Below, one piece after another: positions 30,399 to 40,272 of a stretch of DNA of 46,023 nucleotides (within the stretch, counting starts at the first letter, position 1; every line of letters begins with the position of its first letter). The notes beneath the pieces were generated by a model. That model saw only the letters and a program-made list of their open reading frames with translations, made no database searches and had not been told where the DNA came from. The position numbers were made by a program, and so were the translations under genes. The stretch is from positions 1 to 46,023 of the forward strand of contig CAZXHI010000041.1 in assembly GCA_964640555.1 (NCBI GenBank). The letters run 5' to 3'. The DNA comes from an uncultured Thermoplasmatales archaeon (GTDB taxonomy: Archaea > Thermoplasmatota > E2 > DHVEG-1).

Positions 30399-32534
30399 TT
30401 ATGATATCTCCGCTCCTTTTTTAACCTCTTTGTCTGAAATGATTTTGCCTTTTTCACTCTGCAGAGTTTTTCCTTGGTATGTCGCCTCTTGTTTTTCGTT
30501 TACTATCAAGGCCACCTGTTTAAAATCATCAAACTCTAAAATGCTGACAGGTTCTCTAGGTATGCCCTCTATAAATACCTCAGATCCTGGACTGGCATCT
30601 TCTGGAATGATTAGGGAGACAACACCACTACCATCGCTAGCAGCAAGAAGCATACCATTTGATTTAACACCACGGATTGTAGCAGGTTTAAGATTTACTA
30701 CAATTACAATATTTTTTCCCGTAATTTCCTCTTTTGTGTAGTATGGTTTCATACCTGCAACTAAAACCCTTTTTCCCAGAGCCCCCAGATCAACTTGAAG
30801 CATATACAGTTTATCGGCTTGAGGGTGGTCTTTCGCATCAATTACTTTTGCAACGCGTAAATCAAGTTTAGAAAATGGATCTGTCTCAGTCACAAAATCC
30901 GCCAATAAAAGTTTCTTAAATAATGGTTTTGGTTTTTCTAACGGATGACCTACATTCAAATCCAACAAAGCATCATCCCAACTAGCAAGGTGTACTGAAT
31001 TTGTATGGCCAAGAGTAGTCCATATTTTATCTGAGGAAAATGGCAGATATGGAGCCATAAATATTGCTAGTGCACTAGCTATCTTCAAACAGATGTGCAG
31101 TGTAGTACCACATTTGTCTTTATCTGATTTTACCATGATCCAAGGTTGCTTTTGATCAAAATAGAAATTCCCGAACTGTGCTAGATTCATTACAGTTCTA
31201 AGACCGTTTTTAAATCTACATTTTTCCAAAGCATCGCTAGCATGCCTATATGCCTCATCTATTTTTTTGATTGCTTGTTTGTCCAAATCATCTAGTGATC
31301 CTTGACTTGGTATTTCACCAAAATTCTTCTGTGTGAACATGACAACCCTATGGATAAAGTTGCCGTAGGTTCCAACAAGTTCGTCGTTGTTTTTTGCTAC
31401 AAAATCATCCCATAACCAGTTGCTGTCCTTATTCTCAGGCATGTTTATGGAAAGATAATATCGTACTGCATCGGCATCAAACTTTTCTAAAACGTTTGAA
31501 ACAAAAATGCCAAGTCCTCTACTTTTAGAGAATTGCTCTCCCTTTAAGCACAGATACTCATTGGCGGGAATATCATACGGTAAATTCAATGAATCATCAT
31601 AACCCATAAGCATAGATGGCCAAATTAAACTGTGAAACGGAATATTGTCCTTTGCGAGAAAATAGTAATGCTTTGCCTGCTTGTTTTTCCACCATTCCTC
31701 CCATTTATTGGGATCTCCTAAATTCTGCGACCATTCTTTGCTGGCAGATAGATAGCCTGTTACTGCATCGAACCAGACATAAATTCGTTTACCCTCAAAA
31801 CCTTCAACTGGAACTTTTATGCCCCATTCCATATCTCTTGTTATTGCCCTATCTTCCAGTCCATTCTTTAGCCAATTCTGGGTAAATTTTAGCACACTTG
31901 ATTTCCAATGTTTTTTATCCTCCGTCCAATCAAGCAATTTTGATTCAAATTTACTCAACGCAAGAAATAGATGGTCACTCGTCTTCACTTCAGGTGTACT
32001 TCCACAAATTTTACATTTCACATCCAGAAGTTCCAATGGATCTAGTATCTTCCCACATTCATCACATTGATCACCCCTGGCTTTTTCATTACCACAGTGT
32101 GGGCATATTCCCTCTATGTATCTATCCGGTAAAAAACGATTACAGTTGTTGCAGTAAAACGCATCCACATTTTTTTTGTATATGTGCCCCTTCTCATAGA
32201 GAGTTAAGAAGACGTCCTGCACGACTTTTTCATGATTTTTAGTGGTTGTACGCGTGAAAAGGTCAAAAGAAACGCCAAAATGTTTCAAGTCTTCGTTATG
32301 CTCGGCATTGTATCTGTCTACAATAGCCCGTGGCGTTGTTTTTTCGTTTTCTGCACTGATTGTGATGGGTGTACCATGTTCATCACTTCCAGAAACCATT
32401 AGGACGTCTTTACCTTTCATTCTGTTATATCGTGCAAATGTATCTGCTGGCAAATAGCATCCAGCCATATGTCCAAGATGTAGTGATCCGTTTGCATAAG
32501 GCCATGCCACACCAATGTAAATCTTTTCTTTCAT
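30399..32534 (-). CDS. metG: Methionyl-tRNA synthetase with C-terminal Trbp111/EMAP-like tRNA-binding domain
   Basis: 711 aa. HLGH, Zn knuckles CPHCG...CDECG and CKICG, FSKS. C-terminal LDLRVAKVIDAKDHPQADKLYMLQVDLG. Confidence 0.95.
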   Translation of the reverse strand: MKEKIYIGVAWPYANGSLHLGHMAGCYLPADTFARYNRMKGKDVLMVSGSDEHGTPITISAENEKTTPRAIVDRYNAEHNEDLKHFGVSFDLFTRTTTKNHEKVVQDVFLTLYEKGHIYKKNVDAFYCNNCNRFLPDRYIEGICPHCGNEKARGDQCDECGKILDPLELLDVKCKICGSTPEVKTSDHLFLALSKFESKLLDWTEDKKHWKSSVLKFTQNWLKNGLEDRAITRDMEWGIKVPVEGFEGKRIYVWFDAVTGYLSASKEWSQNLGDPNKWEEWWKNKQAKHYYFLAKDNIPFHSLIWPSMLMGYDDSLNLPYDIPANEYLCLKGEQFSKSRGLGIFVSNVLEKFDADAVRYYLSINMPENKDSNWLWDDFVAKNNDELVGTYGNFIHRVVMFTQKNFGEIPSQGSLDDLDKQAIKKIDEAYRHASDALEKCRFKNGLRTVMNLAQFGNFYFDQKQPWIMVKSDKDKCGTTLHICLKIASALAIFMAPYLPFSSDKIWTTLGHTNSVHLASWDDALLDLNVGHPLEKPKPLFKKLLLADFVTETDPFSKLDLRVAKVIDAKDHPQADKLYMLQVDLGALGKRVLVAGMKPYYTKEEITGKNIVIVVNLKPATIRGVKSNGMLLAASDGSGVVSLIIPEDASPGSEVFIEGIPREPVSILEFDDFKQVALIVNEKQEATYQGKTLQSEKGKIISDKEVKKGAEIS

Positions 32535-32792
32535 GTGAAATTCTCTATGCTGAATATGAGCACAACATTTAAATATGGCGCAAGCCTAGTATATGGCTAT
32601 AATATTAATGAAAAATAGCACTAATTAGGTATAATTAATCAATATTGTAGTTAGTTTAACTTAACCGCTTAACCAAGAACATACTGACCTGCACAAATTA
32701 CCAAGATAAAGGGGTGTGAGGTCCAACACCTACTATTTGCTAAAATGCGGATAAAGGTGCTACTTTTCAGAAAATTAAATGAGGTGAAAGTC

Positions 32793-34031
32793 ATGGTAAT
32801 TGATCCATCAACAACAAAATATATGATTAAGGCTAATATTAAAGCAGACGGCATAGTAGAGAAATCTGATGTGGTAGGGGCTATATTTGGTCAAACCGAG
32901 GGGCTTCTTGGCGATGAATTAGATTTAAGAGAATTGCAAAGATCTGCAAGAGTGGGAAGAATAGAAGTAGAATTGGAGTCGAAAGGTGGGAAGAGTAACG
33001 GAACTATAACTTTACCGACGTCTCTGGACAGGGTTGAAACGGTAATCCTTGCGGCTGCTTTTGAAAGTATAGATCGAGTAGGTCCATGCAAGGCAACTAT
33101 TGTTGCAGAAGAAGTTGAGGATGTGCGTGTTGTTCGAAGAAAAAAGGTGATAGATCGAGCTAAGGAATTGCTGAATAAAGTAATTGAAGACAGTAGGGTC
33201 GATGGGGAAAGCATAGCTGATACTGTTAGGCAGGCAGTACAAATTGAAGAGATTATCAATTATGGTCATGATCATTGTCCCGCAGGTCCAAATATTGATA
33301 AAAGTGATGCGATTGTTATTGTTGAAGGCAGAAGAGATGTACTTAATCTTTTGAAATATGGTATTAAGAATGTCATAGCGGTTGGCGGAACAAATATACC
33401 TAAAACGGTGATAGATTTAACGAAGGAACGTATTACTACCGCTTTTGTCGATGGAGATCGAGGAGGCATTCTTATTTTGAAAGAACTATTGCAAACTGCA
33501 GATATCGATTTTGTAGCACGCGCTCCTCAGACTCGCGAGGTTGAAGAAATCCCTCAGAAACTTATTATGAAGTCTTTAAAAAATAAGATTCCTGCTGAAC
33601 AATATGCTGAGATGTATGACATAAAACTCGAGAAAAAGGATAAAGATATCGAACCTAAAAAAGAAAAACGTGAACAAAAAACGAAGCAACGTTCTGAGGG
33701 GCCAGTAGAAGAAAAGCAAAAGGTAGGGGAAGTATCTGATGAAAAACAGAAGAACTACGCGGCTATGCTTAATGAGATTTCAGGTTCTTTGAAGGCAGTG
33801 CTGCTTGATGGAAAGGACAAGGAATTGAAGAAAATACCGGTGAGAGAATTAACTGATGAACTAAAGAAAAGTGACAATATTTCTACTGTAGTATTTGATG
33901 GTATTATCACCCAGCGACTTCTAGATATTGCAAATAATAAAAACATAAAGGAAATAGTTGGTATAAAAATCGGCAATGTTGTAAAAATGCCGACGTCCGT
34001 AAGGGTTTTAACTAAGAAAGATGTACAATAA
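32793..34031 (+). CDS. dnaG: Archaeal DnaG-type primase (Toprim)
   Basis: TKYMIKANIKADGIVEKSDVVGAIFGQTEGLLGDELDLRELQ is the hallmark archaeal DnaG N-terminus. Toprim IVEGRRD...DGDRGG. ATG 32793 with GAGGTGA at 32781-32787 (the ORF-track start at 32745 is probably too far upstream). Confidence 0.9.
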   Translation: MVIDPSTTKYMIKANIKADGIVEKSDVVGAIFGQTEGLLGDELDLRELQRSARVGRIEVELESKGGKSNGTITLPTSLDRVETVILAAAFESIDRVGPCKATIVAEEVEDVRVVRRKKVIDRAKELLNKVIEDSRVDGESIADTVRQAVQIEEIINYGHDHCPAGPNIDKSDAIVIVEGRRDVLNLLKYGIKNVIAVGGTNIPKTVIDLTKERITTAFVDGDRGGILILKELLQTADIDFVARAPQTREVEEIPQKLIMKSLKNKIPAEQYAEMYDIKLEKKDKDIEPKKEKREQKTKQRSEGPVEEKQKVGEVSDEKQKNYAAMLNEISGSLKAVLLDGKDKELKKIPVRELTDELKKSDNISTVVFDGIITQRLLDIANNKNIKEIVGIKIGNVVKMPTSVRVLTKKDVQ

Positions 34032-34163
34032 TCTACATCTTTTCTATTCATTTTTTACATTTTCACATAGTTAGAGGTAGTTATATTTAAAAGGCGGATA
34101 GAAAAGGATAAAAACCCTGTATTTCATTTCAGCATGTTATTTTGATGATGGTGGAAGATTATA

Positions 34164-34466
34164 ATGCAGAAAGACGAACTTATTCAGTTACATACATTTT
34201 TACTTCAACTGAAAACCCACTTGGAAGATATGGTCGAAAGTGATGGCTCATGTGCATTTCAGGCGTACTATACACTGGATGTTACTCCATATCAGGTTTA
34301 TAAATCTAAAAGAGAGCATAAGCTGGCAGTATTCAAGCTGAGTAGGGGCATTGCAGACCTTCTGGTAGATAACGATTGCCCAGGCTTGGAAAAGATTTCT
34401 TGTAGATTAGATTTAATGTCTGAGCGTTTTATGACAAGTAAAGAAAAAGAACTTGTTCAGGCTTAA
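34164..34466 (+). CDS. Small conserved archaeal protein, UPF0058-like
   Basis: 100 aa. MQKDELIQLHTFLLQLKTHLE...YQVYKSKREHKLAVFKLSRGIA resembles the UPF0058 pattern as I recall it. Not verified. Confidence 0.4.
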   Translation: MQKDELIQLHTFLLQLKTHLEDMVESDGSCAFQAYYTLDVTPYQVYKSKREHKLAVFKLSRGIADLLVDNDCPGLEKISCRLDLMSERFMTSKEKELVQA

Positions 34467-34900
34467 AGTATCAGGTGCATAGTGTATGCATCTTCACCAC
34501 TTTGGTAAAATTTTGGTATTGTATCTATAACAATAAATCCATGTTTTCGGTAGAACTCAATAGCCACGTTATTGCTTATTTTCACTTCCAATTCTACATG
34601 TTTTATTTTTTGGATAATTATCTCTTTCAAAAAGTGATTTAGCAAGGCAGATCCTATGTTTTGTCCTCTCTGTTTTTCTGATACCGCTATCATTAGTATC
34701 TTTGCGCCTTCTAAACTTGTCTTTACCCCTATAATGAATCCCACAATCTTATGATGCTTTTCGGCCACCAAAAACCCCTGATTAAATGTTTCATAGAAAT
34801 AGTTAAAGAGACTTGGATTGTAGCGTTCAGTCAGCGTCTCGGATGCTAGTTTTATAACTGGAAACATGTCATTTGGTTGGAATATTCTAACTGTAAACAC
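34463..34900 (-). CDS. rimI: GNAT N-acetyltransferase (RimI / archaeal Nat-like)
   Basis: 145 aa. VSEKQRGQNIGSALL (Q-x-x-G-x-G/A), ELEVKISNNVAIEFYRKHGF. Confidence 0.7.
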   Translation of the reverse strand: MFTVRIFQPNDMFPVIKLASETLTERYNPSLFNYFYETFNQGFLVAEKHHKIVGFIIGVKTSLEGAKILMIAVSEKQRGQNIGSALLNHFLKEIIIQKIKHVELEVKISNNVAIEFYRKHGFIVIDTIPKFYQSGEDAYTMHLIL

Positions 34901-34986
34901 AGAATAGTATCACACTGCTGTGGTAAATGATTAACGGTATCTTTAATAACTGCAGGTTAATTCATAGTCGCTGCGAGGCTTTGTTT

Positions 34987-35760
34987 ATGGGGATTGACGA
35001 TGTTGTTGTAACAAGAACTATATTTAATCGTTTTTCTAAAGAGTTTCAAGATTATTTCGATGTTGATGTTGCTATTGCTGGTGCTGGTCCCGCTGGCCTC
35101 ATTGCTGCACAGTATTTAGCAAAAGCAGGTAAGAAAACCGTTCTGTTTGAAAAAAAACTTTCAATTGGTGGTGGCATGTGGGGTGGTGGCATGACATTTC
35201 CAGTTATTGTTGTTCAGAAAGAATCTAAGCATCTACTTGAAGAAGCGAACATCAAGGTTGCTGATGAAGGTAAAGGATATTATAGTGCTGATTCTATAGA
35301 AGCAGTTACAAAACTTTGTTCATCTGCAATTGATGCAGGTGCTAGATTTTTTAATGCAATCTCTGTCGAAGATGTGCTACTAAACAAAAACAAAGAAGTA
35401 AATGGCTTTGTTATCAATTGGAGTGCAATAGAAGCTGCTGGCTTACATGTTGATCCACTTACAATTCGAGCTAAATATTGCATTGATGCTACTGGTCACC
35501 CTGCTGAAATCTGTAGAATCGTACGTAAGAAATGCGGCCCTTTAGACACGAAAAGTGGAGATCTTGAGAATGAAAGATCAATGTGTGCAGATATTGGTGA
35601 GCGGGCCGTTGTTGAAAATACAGGGGAAGTTTATCCAGGTCTTTTTGTAGCAGGTATGTGTGCAAATGCAGTATATGGCTCACAAAGAATGGGGCCAATA
35701 TTTGGTGGTATGCTTCTTTCAGGTAAAAAGGCGGCAGAACTTATATTGAAAAAGCTATAG
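34987..35760 (+). CDS. thi4: Thiazole synthase Thi4 (archaeal, His-type)
   Basis: DVAIAGAGPAGL, GGGMWGGGM and DATGHPAE (His where the yeast suicide enzyme has Cys). ATG 34987 preferred over 34927. Confidence 0.85.
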   Translation: MGIDDVVVTRTIFNRFSKEFQDYFDVDVAIAGAGPAGLIAAQYLAKAGKKTVLFEKKLSIGGGMWGGGMTFPVIVVQKESKHLLEEANIKVADEGKGYYSADSIEAVTKLCSSAIDAGARFFNAISVEDVLLNKNKEVNGFVINWSAIEAAGLHVDPLTIRAKYCIDATGHPAEICRIVRKKCGPLDTKSGDLENERSMCADIGERAVVENTGEVYPGLFVAGMCANAVYGSQRMGPIFGGMLLSGKKAAELILKKL

Positions 35761-35952
35761 CCATTTCAAGAAGTTTGTTACTATTTTTAGAGGGGAAGCT
35801 CTTTCCATAATCCAAGCAGGTCATATCCTAGTAATTTGACTCCCTCAATATTTGTATGATGTTCTGTCAGTGGGAACCGCATCTCCCAAAAATCTACAAA
35901 TTATGCGATAAAAACATGTATCAATGAAATTCCGCCTCACACTCAAAAGGAA

Positions 35953-37020
35953 TCACATAAAACATGTTTTAAAAATGGTTATCAATAACACAACAATCGG
36001 TACACAAACAATAGTTGTCCATGTAACAGAAAGAGCAGTAACCTTTTTATCAATTCCATATGGGACAAGAAACATATTAGTACTGGTTATCGGAAGAATT
36101 GAATTAATAATAATTACTGAAAACCATGCACTTGGTACTAGTTCAAATGCAAATAATGGAACAAATATAATGGTTGTTAGTATCGGAGTTAATAAAACGG
36201 TGAGGAAAAATATATTTCTGACCCATGGCCAATGATCCTGTGTTTTTTTATTGTTTTTAAGGCAAAACAGTTTCCTCATTTCATCTATTTTTAAATCATG
36301 AGGATGAATACCTGCACCAACATAATATAGAGCGGCAGGTATCGTAATTTGAGTAAAAAATTCAAAAATAGTACTTATGTCACCATACCCTTTTGAAGTA
36401 ATACCTGTTGTACCATGTAATATAACAGCTGTAAATGCAAAGGAGAGAAGATACCAAGGAAATATTTTCAGATACCATGGTAACGCATGAATTTTAGAAG
36501 TTTTACCTGAATTTTTAATATCTTTTTTATGCAGATATGAAAGAATATATGGAATAATTGCAAAAAGAAAGATGGCCCCAATAATCATATATATTAAAGC
36601 CTGCACCCGCCACTCATCTATTGTAAGCATTGCTCCCCCTACAAAAGCAGAGCTTCTACCTTGGTTTGTTAAAACAGTTTTAACAAAATGTCCTTTATCC
36701 TCTCCTTTTAGATTCATTTTTTTTGCTTTAAATATTGCAAAAAAGTATGCAAGAACGTACATGAAAAATAAGATTATAAAGCAGACAATAGTAAATATCA
36801 TCTCATTTTCACGAAAATCAACACCTAAAAGTATTCTAAAAAGTAAGAGTGGTACAAAAACATAAAGCAAAATCAGCCCTATTTTTTTCATTGCCTTATC
36901 TATCTTTTGTTCACCAATAAGTCGAGAAAGTACTAAGGTTACTATGAAACCTATAAGTATCCATGGAAGTGTCCAAAGACCTTTTATGTACGGTAAAATT
37001 GTATCTAATATTTCAATCAT
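35953..37020 (-). CDS. Polytopic membrane permease (weak AEC / membrane-transport-family resemblance)
   Basis: 355 aa with about 10 hydrophobic spans in two halves, separated by the hydrophilic loop HKKDIKNSGKTSK. 24 nt downstream of the paaK-like gene. Confidence 0.4.
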   Translation of the reverse strand: MIEILDTILPYIKGLWTLPWILIGFIVTLVLSRLIGEQKIDKAMKKIGLILLYVFVPLLLFRILLGVDFRENEMIFTIVCFIILFFMYVLAYFFAIFKAKKMNLKGEDKGHFVKTVLTNQGRSSAFVGGAMLTIDEWRVQALIYMIIGAIFLFAIIPYILSYLHKKDIKNSGKTSKIHALPWYLKIFPWYLLSFAFTAVILHGTTGITSKGYGDISTIFEFFTQITIPAALYYVGAGIHPHDLKIDEMRKLFCLKNNKKTQDHWPWVRNIFFLTVLLTPILTTIIFVPLFAFELVPSAWFSVIIINSILPITSTNMFLVPYGIDKKVTALSVTWTTIVCVPIVVLLITIFKTCFM

Positions 37021-37044
37021 TGCCGTTTACCTTTAAAAAATGGT

Positions 37045-38337
37045 TTATCTTTCAATTACTCTCTTGGCCTTTCCTGTGCTACGTGGTATGGTTTTGGGCG
37101 GTATGGCTTTAACAGGCACATGTAAATTCAAGACGCTATATATTTCATCTTCAGCTTGTTTTTCAATATCGTCTAGGTGCCCTTCCTTGTAACGTTCTTC
37201 AGTTGGCTCTACTTCGACAGAAAGTGAAGTTATATCACCTTTTTTGGTTTTTATAATTTGATAATTGTCACTTACTCCAGTGACTTGCATCAAGGCAGCT
37301 TCTATCTGTGATGGAAACACAATAACCCCCTTTACCTTCATCATGTCGTCGCTTCTACCTTTTATTCTCGACTGAACTGGTAGAGTTCGACCACATTCAC
37401 ATGCATCTTCACTAAGTGATGCAAGATCTTTTGTTCTGAATCTGATGGCAGGAAACGCCTCTTTAGTAAGCGTGGTAAAGACAAGCTCTCCTTCCTCATT
37501 TGGCTCCAGAGTTTCGCCAGTTTTTGGATCAATTATCTCAGCTAGAAAATGATCTGCATTTATATGTAATTTTTTATGTTCACATTCAGAAACAACGCCG
37601 GGACCTATTATTTCTGTAAGGCCATAATGTTCGTGGGCAGTGATCCCCCAGCGTTTCTCAACGTTATTTCTCATTTCCTCACTCCACGCTTCTGCACCAA
37701 AACATCCTGTTTTTAGTTTGAAATCCCTTTGAGGATTAAAACCCATTTCCTCAGCAACTTCTGCCATATACATTGAATAGGATGGGGTACATGCCAATGC
37801 TGTGGAGCCGAAATCTTTCATAATGCTAACCTGTCTTTTAGTATTTCCAGAGCTAATAGTTATAACCATAGCGCCTATCTTCTGAGCGCCCTTTTCAAAA
37901 CCATGAGCGCCCGTAAACAAACCATATCCATATGAGTTCTGCATAATGTCATTTTTGCGAAGCCCATTAGCCCACAAGGACCGGGCCATAACTTCACCCC
38001 AGAGCTCGACGTCATTACGAGTGTAGGGTCCAACCACAGGTTTACCAGTAGTTCCTGAAGAAGCATGGACTTCTACAACATCATCCATCTTGGTACAAAC
38101 AAGCCCAAAAGGATAATATTCTCTTAAATTCTGTTTTGTTAAAAAAGGAATTTTTTCTATATCCTTTAACGTTTTAATGTCATCAGGTTCTACATGCGCA
38201 TCCTTGAGTTTTTTATGATAAAATTTATTGTTTTTGTAGACATACTGAATCAATTTTCTTAACCGTTTCAATTGCAGTTCTTTTAATCCATTCAAAGGTT
38301 TTGTTTCTATTTCAGGATTCCAGAATTCTTTTGTCAT
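37045..38337 (-). CDS. paaK: Phenylacetate-CoA ligase family adenylating enzyme (PaaK / F390-synthetase-like)
   Basis: 430 aa. SSGTTGKP, GLTE and the characteristic short-N-domain architecture. Confidence 0.8.
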   Translation of the reverse strand: MTKEFWNPEIETKPLNGLKELQLKRLRKLIQYVYKNNKFYHKKLKDAHVEPDDIKTLKDIEKIPFLTKQNLREYYPFGLVCTKMDDVVEVHASSGTTGKPVVGPYTRNDVELWGEVMARSLWANGLRKNDIMQNSYGYGLFTGAHGFEKGAQKIGAMVITISSGNTKRQVSIMKDFGSTALACTPSYSMYMAEVAEEMGFNPQRDFKLKTGCFGAEAWSEEMRNNVEKRWGITAHEHYGLTEIIGPGVVSECEHKKLHINADHFLAEIIDPKTGETLEPNEEGELVFTTLTKEAFPAIRFRTKDLASLSEDACECGRTLPVQSRIKGRSDDMMKVKGVIVFPSQIEAALMQVTGVSDNYQIIKTKKGDITSLSVEVEPTEERYKEGHLDDIEKQAEDEIYSVLNLHVPVKAIPPKTIPRSTGKAKRVIER

Positions 38338-38433
38338 AAATTTTTCCCCGTTTGCGGCCTGAATGAACTATTTGAATATAATGATTTTGGGAAATAAGAA
38401 AGATATAAATTGCATTAACTATTCTCCCGTTCG

Positions 38434-38449
38434 ACATCAAAATTGATGT
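38434..38449. promoter_or_regulatory. Inverted repeat ACATCAA-aa-TTGATGT downstream of a TATA-like box
   Basis: The 7-bp arms are at 38434-38440 and 38443-38449. AGATATAAAT at 38401-38410 would place a transcript start near the repeat, about 30 nt before the mini-ORF/symporter pair. Confidence 0.3.
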
Positions 38450-38475
38450 TCTCGATAATTTGGAGGAGGAAATAA

Positions 38476-38643
38476 ATGATATTAGGCATGGACATATGGG
38501 TATTCACCGCATGGATTGGAACAATGTTAGCAACTGTTCTTTGCTTGCTTTATGGTATTTATCATCAGTATCTGAAGAAATCCAGAAAAGAAAAAGCACC
38601 CACCAGAAAAAATAAACAATCCCGAAAGAAGGAGGTCAAGTAA
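38476..38643 (+). CDS. 55-aa single-TM symporter accessory mini-protein (below the ORF-track cut-off)
   Basis: Read by hand: MILGMDIWVFTAWIGTMLATVLCLLYGIYHQYLKKSRKEKAPTRKNKQSRKKEVK*. GGAGGAGG upstream. Its 3' end carries the AAGGAGGT used by the symporter, which starts 1 nt after the stop. Confidence 0.6.
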   Translation: MILGMDIWVFTAWIGTMLATVLCLLYGIYHQYLKKSRKEKAPTRKNKQSRKKEVK

Positions 38644-38644
38644 G

Positions 38645-40210
38645 ATGGATATCATCTTTTTTGCTATTTTCATGTTTCTTTTTGCCGCTATGTTCACATT
38701 CTTAGGTTATCTTGGATATAAGAAAACAAAGACAGCGGAGGATTACTTTGTTGCCGGTAGAAAGATGGGTGCGATTGTTATAGCATTTTCTTACGGTGCA
38801 ACGTTTATCAGTGCGGTCGCTCTAATAGGTTTTTCTGGAATTGCATCTATCTATGGTCATTCAATTCTTTGGCTTGCATTTCTTAATATTTTTGTGGGTA
38901 TTTTCATCGCGTTTGTATTTTATGGTTTTAGAACAAGGAAAATGGGTCTTTCGCTTAATGCAATGACTCTACCAGAAATATTGGGAAACAGGTTTAATTC
39001 AACTAAATTACAGGCAGTTTCAGGTTTGATAATAGCTATTTTTATGGTGGCATATACCTCGGCTGTATTCCTAGCAATAGCCTCTCTTTTCGAAGTAACA
39101 TTTGGGATTCCATATGCGACATGTGTTATAATTTTCACTGTTGTTGTTGGTGTATATCTGATAGTAGGTGGATTGTATGCAGTAATGTGGACACATGCAA
39201 TACAGGGCGTACTCATGCTAGTAGGTATGCTCATTCTTACTTTAGGGATATATGCTATGCTTGGAGGTGTTGGACCTGCTCACGAGGCTGCCGCTGGTTT
39301 AACCCCTGAAATTCTGGAGAGTATTGGCAGTCCAGCAGCAACTCAGGCACCAAATGGTTTAACCTCCATGCCACCGTTTTTATCGCAACCTTTTATGATG
39401 ATTTTGACACTCATTTTCGGTGTGGGCATCGGCGTACTTGCACAGCCTCAGTTGATAACGCGGTATCTTACAGCAAAAGATGAAAAAGCATTACGCCGGG
39501 CAGTGCCCATCGGAGGAATATTTATTCTTTTGATGACCTTCACTGCCTTTAGTATAGGCCCTCTATGTAATGTACTGATGGTAAATAATGGATTAACTTA
39601 TCCCGGAACACCAGATAAAATAGTGCCACTTATAGTAAGTGAGGTATTTCCGCAATGGTTTGTATTTTTCTTTTTATTTGCTGTCCTAGCGGCAGCGATG
39701 TCGACTGCAAGTGCCCTGTTCCATACCGCAGGTGCATCCATTGGAAGAGATGTATTTGAAAAAGGACTCCTGAAAGGAATTTCCCATGAGAAATCTGTAA
39801 AGATAACGCGAATTGCTACGATTATCATTATAGTAGCGACATTGATTATCACATTGAATCCATTGGATGTTGTAGCATTCATGTGCGCCTTTTTCTTTGG
39901 ATTAATGGCCTGCACATTTCTTGCGCCATATACATTCATGCTATATTGGAAGAAAACAAGCAGAGCAGGAGCATGGGCTGGGATGTTAGGAGGATTCATA
40001 TTTACTATGATCTGGTACGTCCTTGTTTATTTTAAAACAGCGCCAAATATAATTGGTTCGTCAATAATAAGTGAATATACGATAAACATGCTAGATCCAA
40101 TATTTATTGGACTTCCCCTATCTATCGTCCTAACCGTTATATTTAGCATACTAATGAAACAAGACAAAAATGAACAAAAAATCATGGAAAAAACATTCAA
40201 AAATATATAG
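38645..40210 (+). CDS. Sodium:solute symporter family transporter
   Basis: 521 aa with about 13 TM helices. YFVAGRKMG opening, typical of the SSS family. Confidence 0.85.
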   Translation: MDIIFFAIFMFLFAAMFTFLGYLGYKKTKTAEDYFVAGRKMGAIVIAFSYGATFISAVALIGFSGIASIYGHSILWLAFLNIFVGIFIAFVFYGFRTRKMGLSLNAMTLPEILGNRFNSTKLQAVSGLIIAIFMVAYTSAVFLAIASLFEVTFGIPYATCVIIFTVVVGVYLIVGGLYAVMWTHAIQGVLMLVGMLILTLGIYAMLGGVGPAHEAAAGLTPEILESIGSPAATQAPNGLTSMPPFLSQPFMMILTLIFGVGIGVLAQPQLITRYLTAKDEKALRRAVPIGGIFILLMTFTAFSIGPLCNVLMVNNGLTYPGTPDKIVPLIVSEVFPQWFVFFFLFAVLAAAMSTASALFHTAGASIGRDVFEKGLLKGISHEKSVKITRIATIIIIVATLIITLNPLDVVAFMCAFFFGLMACTFLAPYTFMLYWKKTSRAGAWAGMLGGFIFTMIWYVLVYFKTAPNIIGSSIISEYTINMLDPIFIGLPLSIVLTVIFSILMKQDKNEQKIMEKTFKNI

Positions 40211-40272
40211 GGAAAATAACCAGATTGACTACATCAAATCAAAAAAATTCATTCTGTAGAGGAGTTTTACAT

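Noticed and set aside
32745-32792. N-terminal extensions suggested by the ORF track for dnaG (32745), thi4 (34927), serC (42799), the saccharopine-dehydrogenase-like gene (40225), hdrA (6777), the receiver domain (44159) and the phosphoesterase (27930).
   Set aside because: In each case a downstream ATG is preceded at 5-9 nt by a GGAGG/GGTGA-type motif and matches the conserved family N-terminus. Several of the upstream starts are TTG or GTG codons, in some cases inside the preceding gene or its spacer.
34143-34212. Possible C/D-box sRNA (UGAUGA at 34143-34148, CUGA at 34209-34212).
   Set aside because: There are no convincing C'/D' boxes or terminal stem. The span overlaps the start of a well-formed ORF, and the GATGATGGTGG stretch is better explained as that ORF's ribosome-binding region.
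35787-35882. 31-aa minus-strand ORF (MRFPLTEHHTNIEGVKLLGYDLLGLWKELPL*) in the thi4/permease convergent spacer.
   Set aside because: It has no Shine-Dalgarno sequence and no recognisable motif, and it lies in a 3'-3' spacer. It is too short to support without conservation or expression data.
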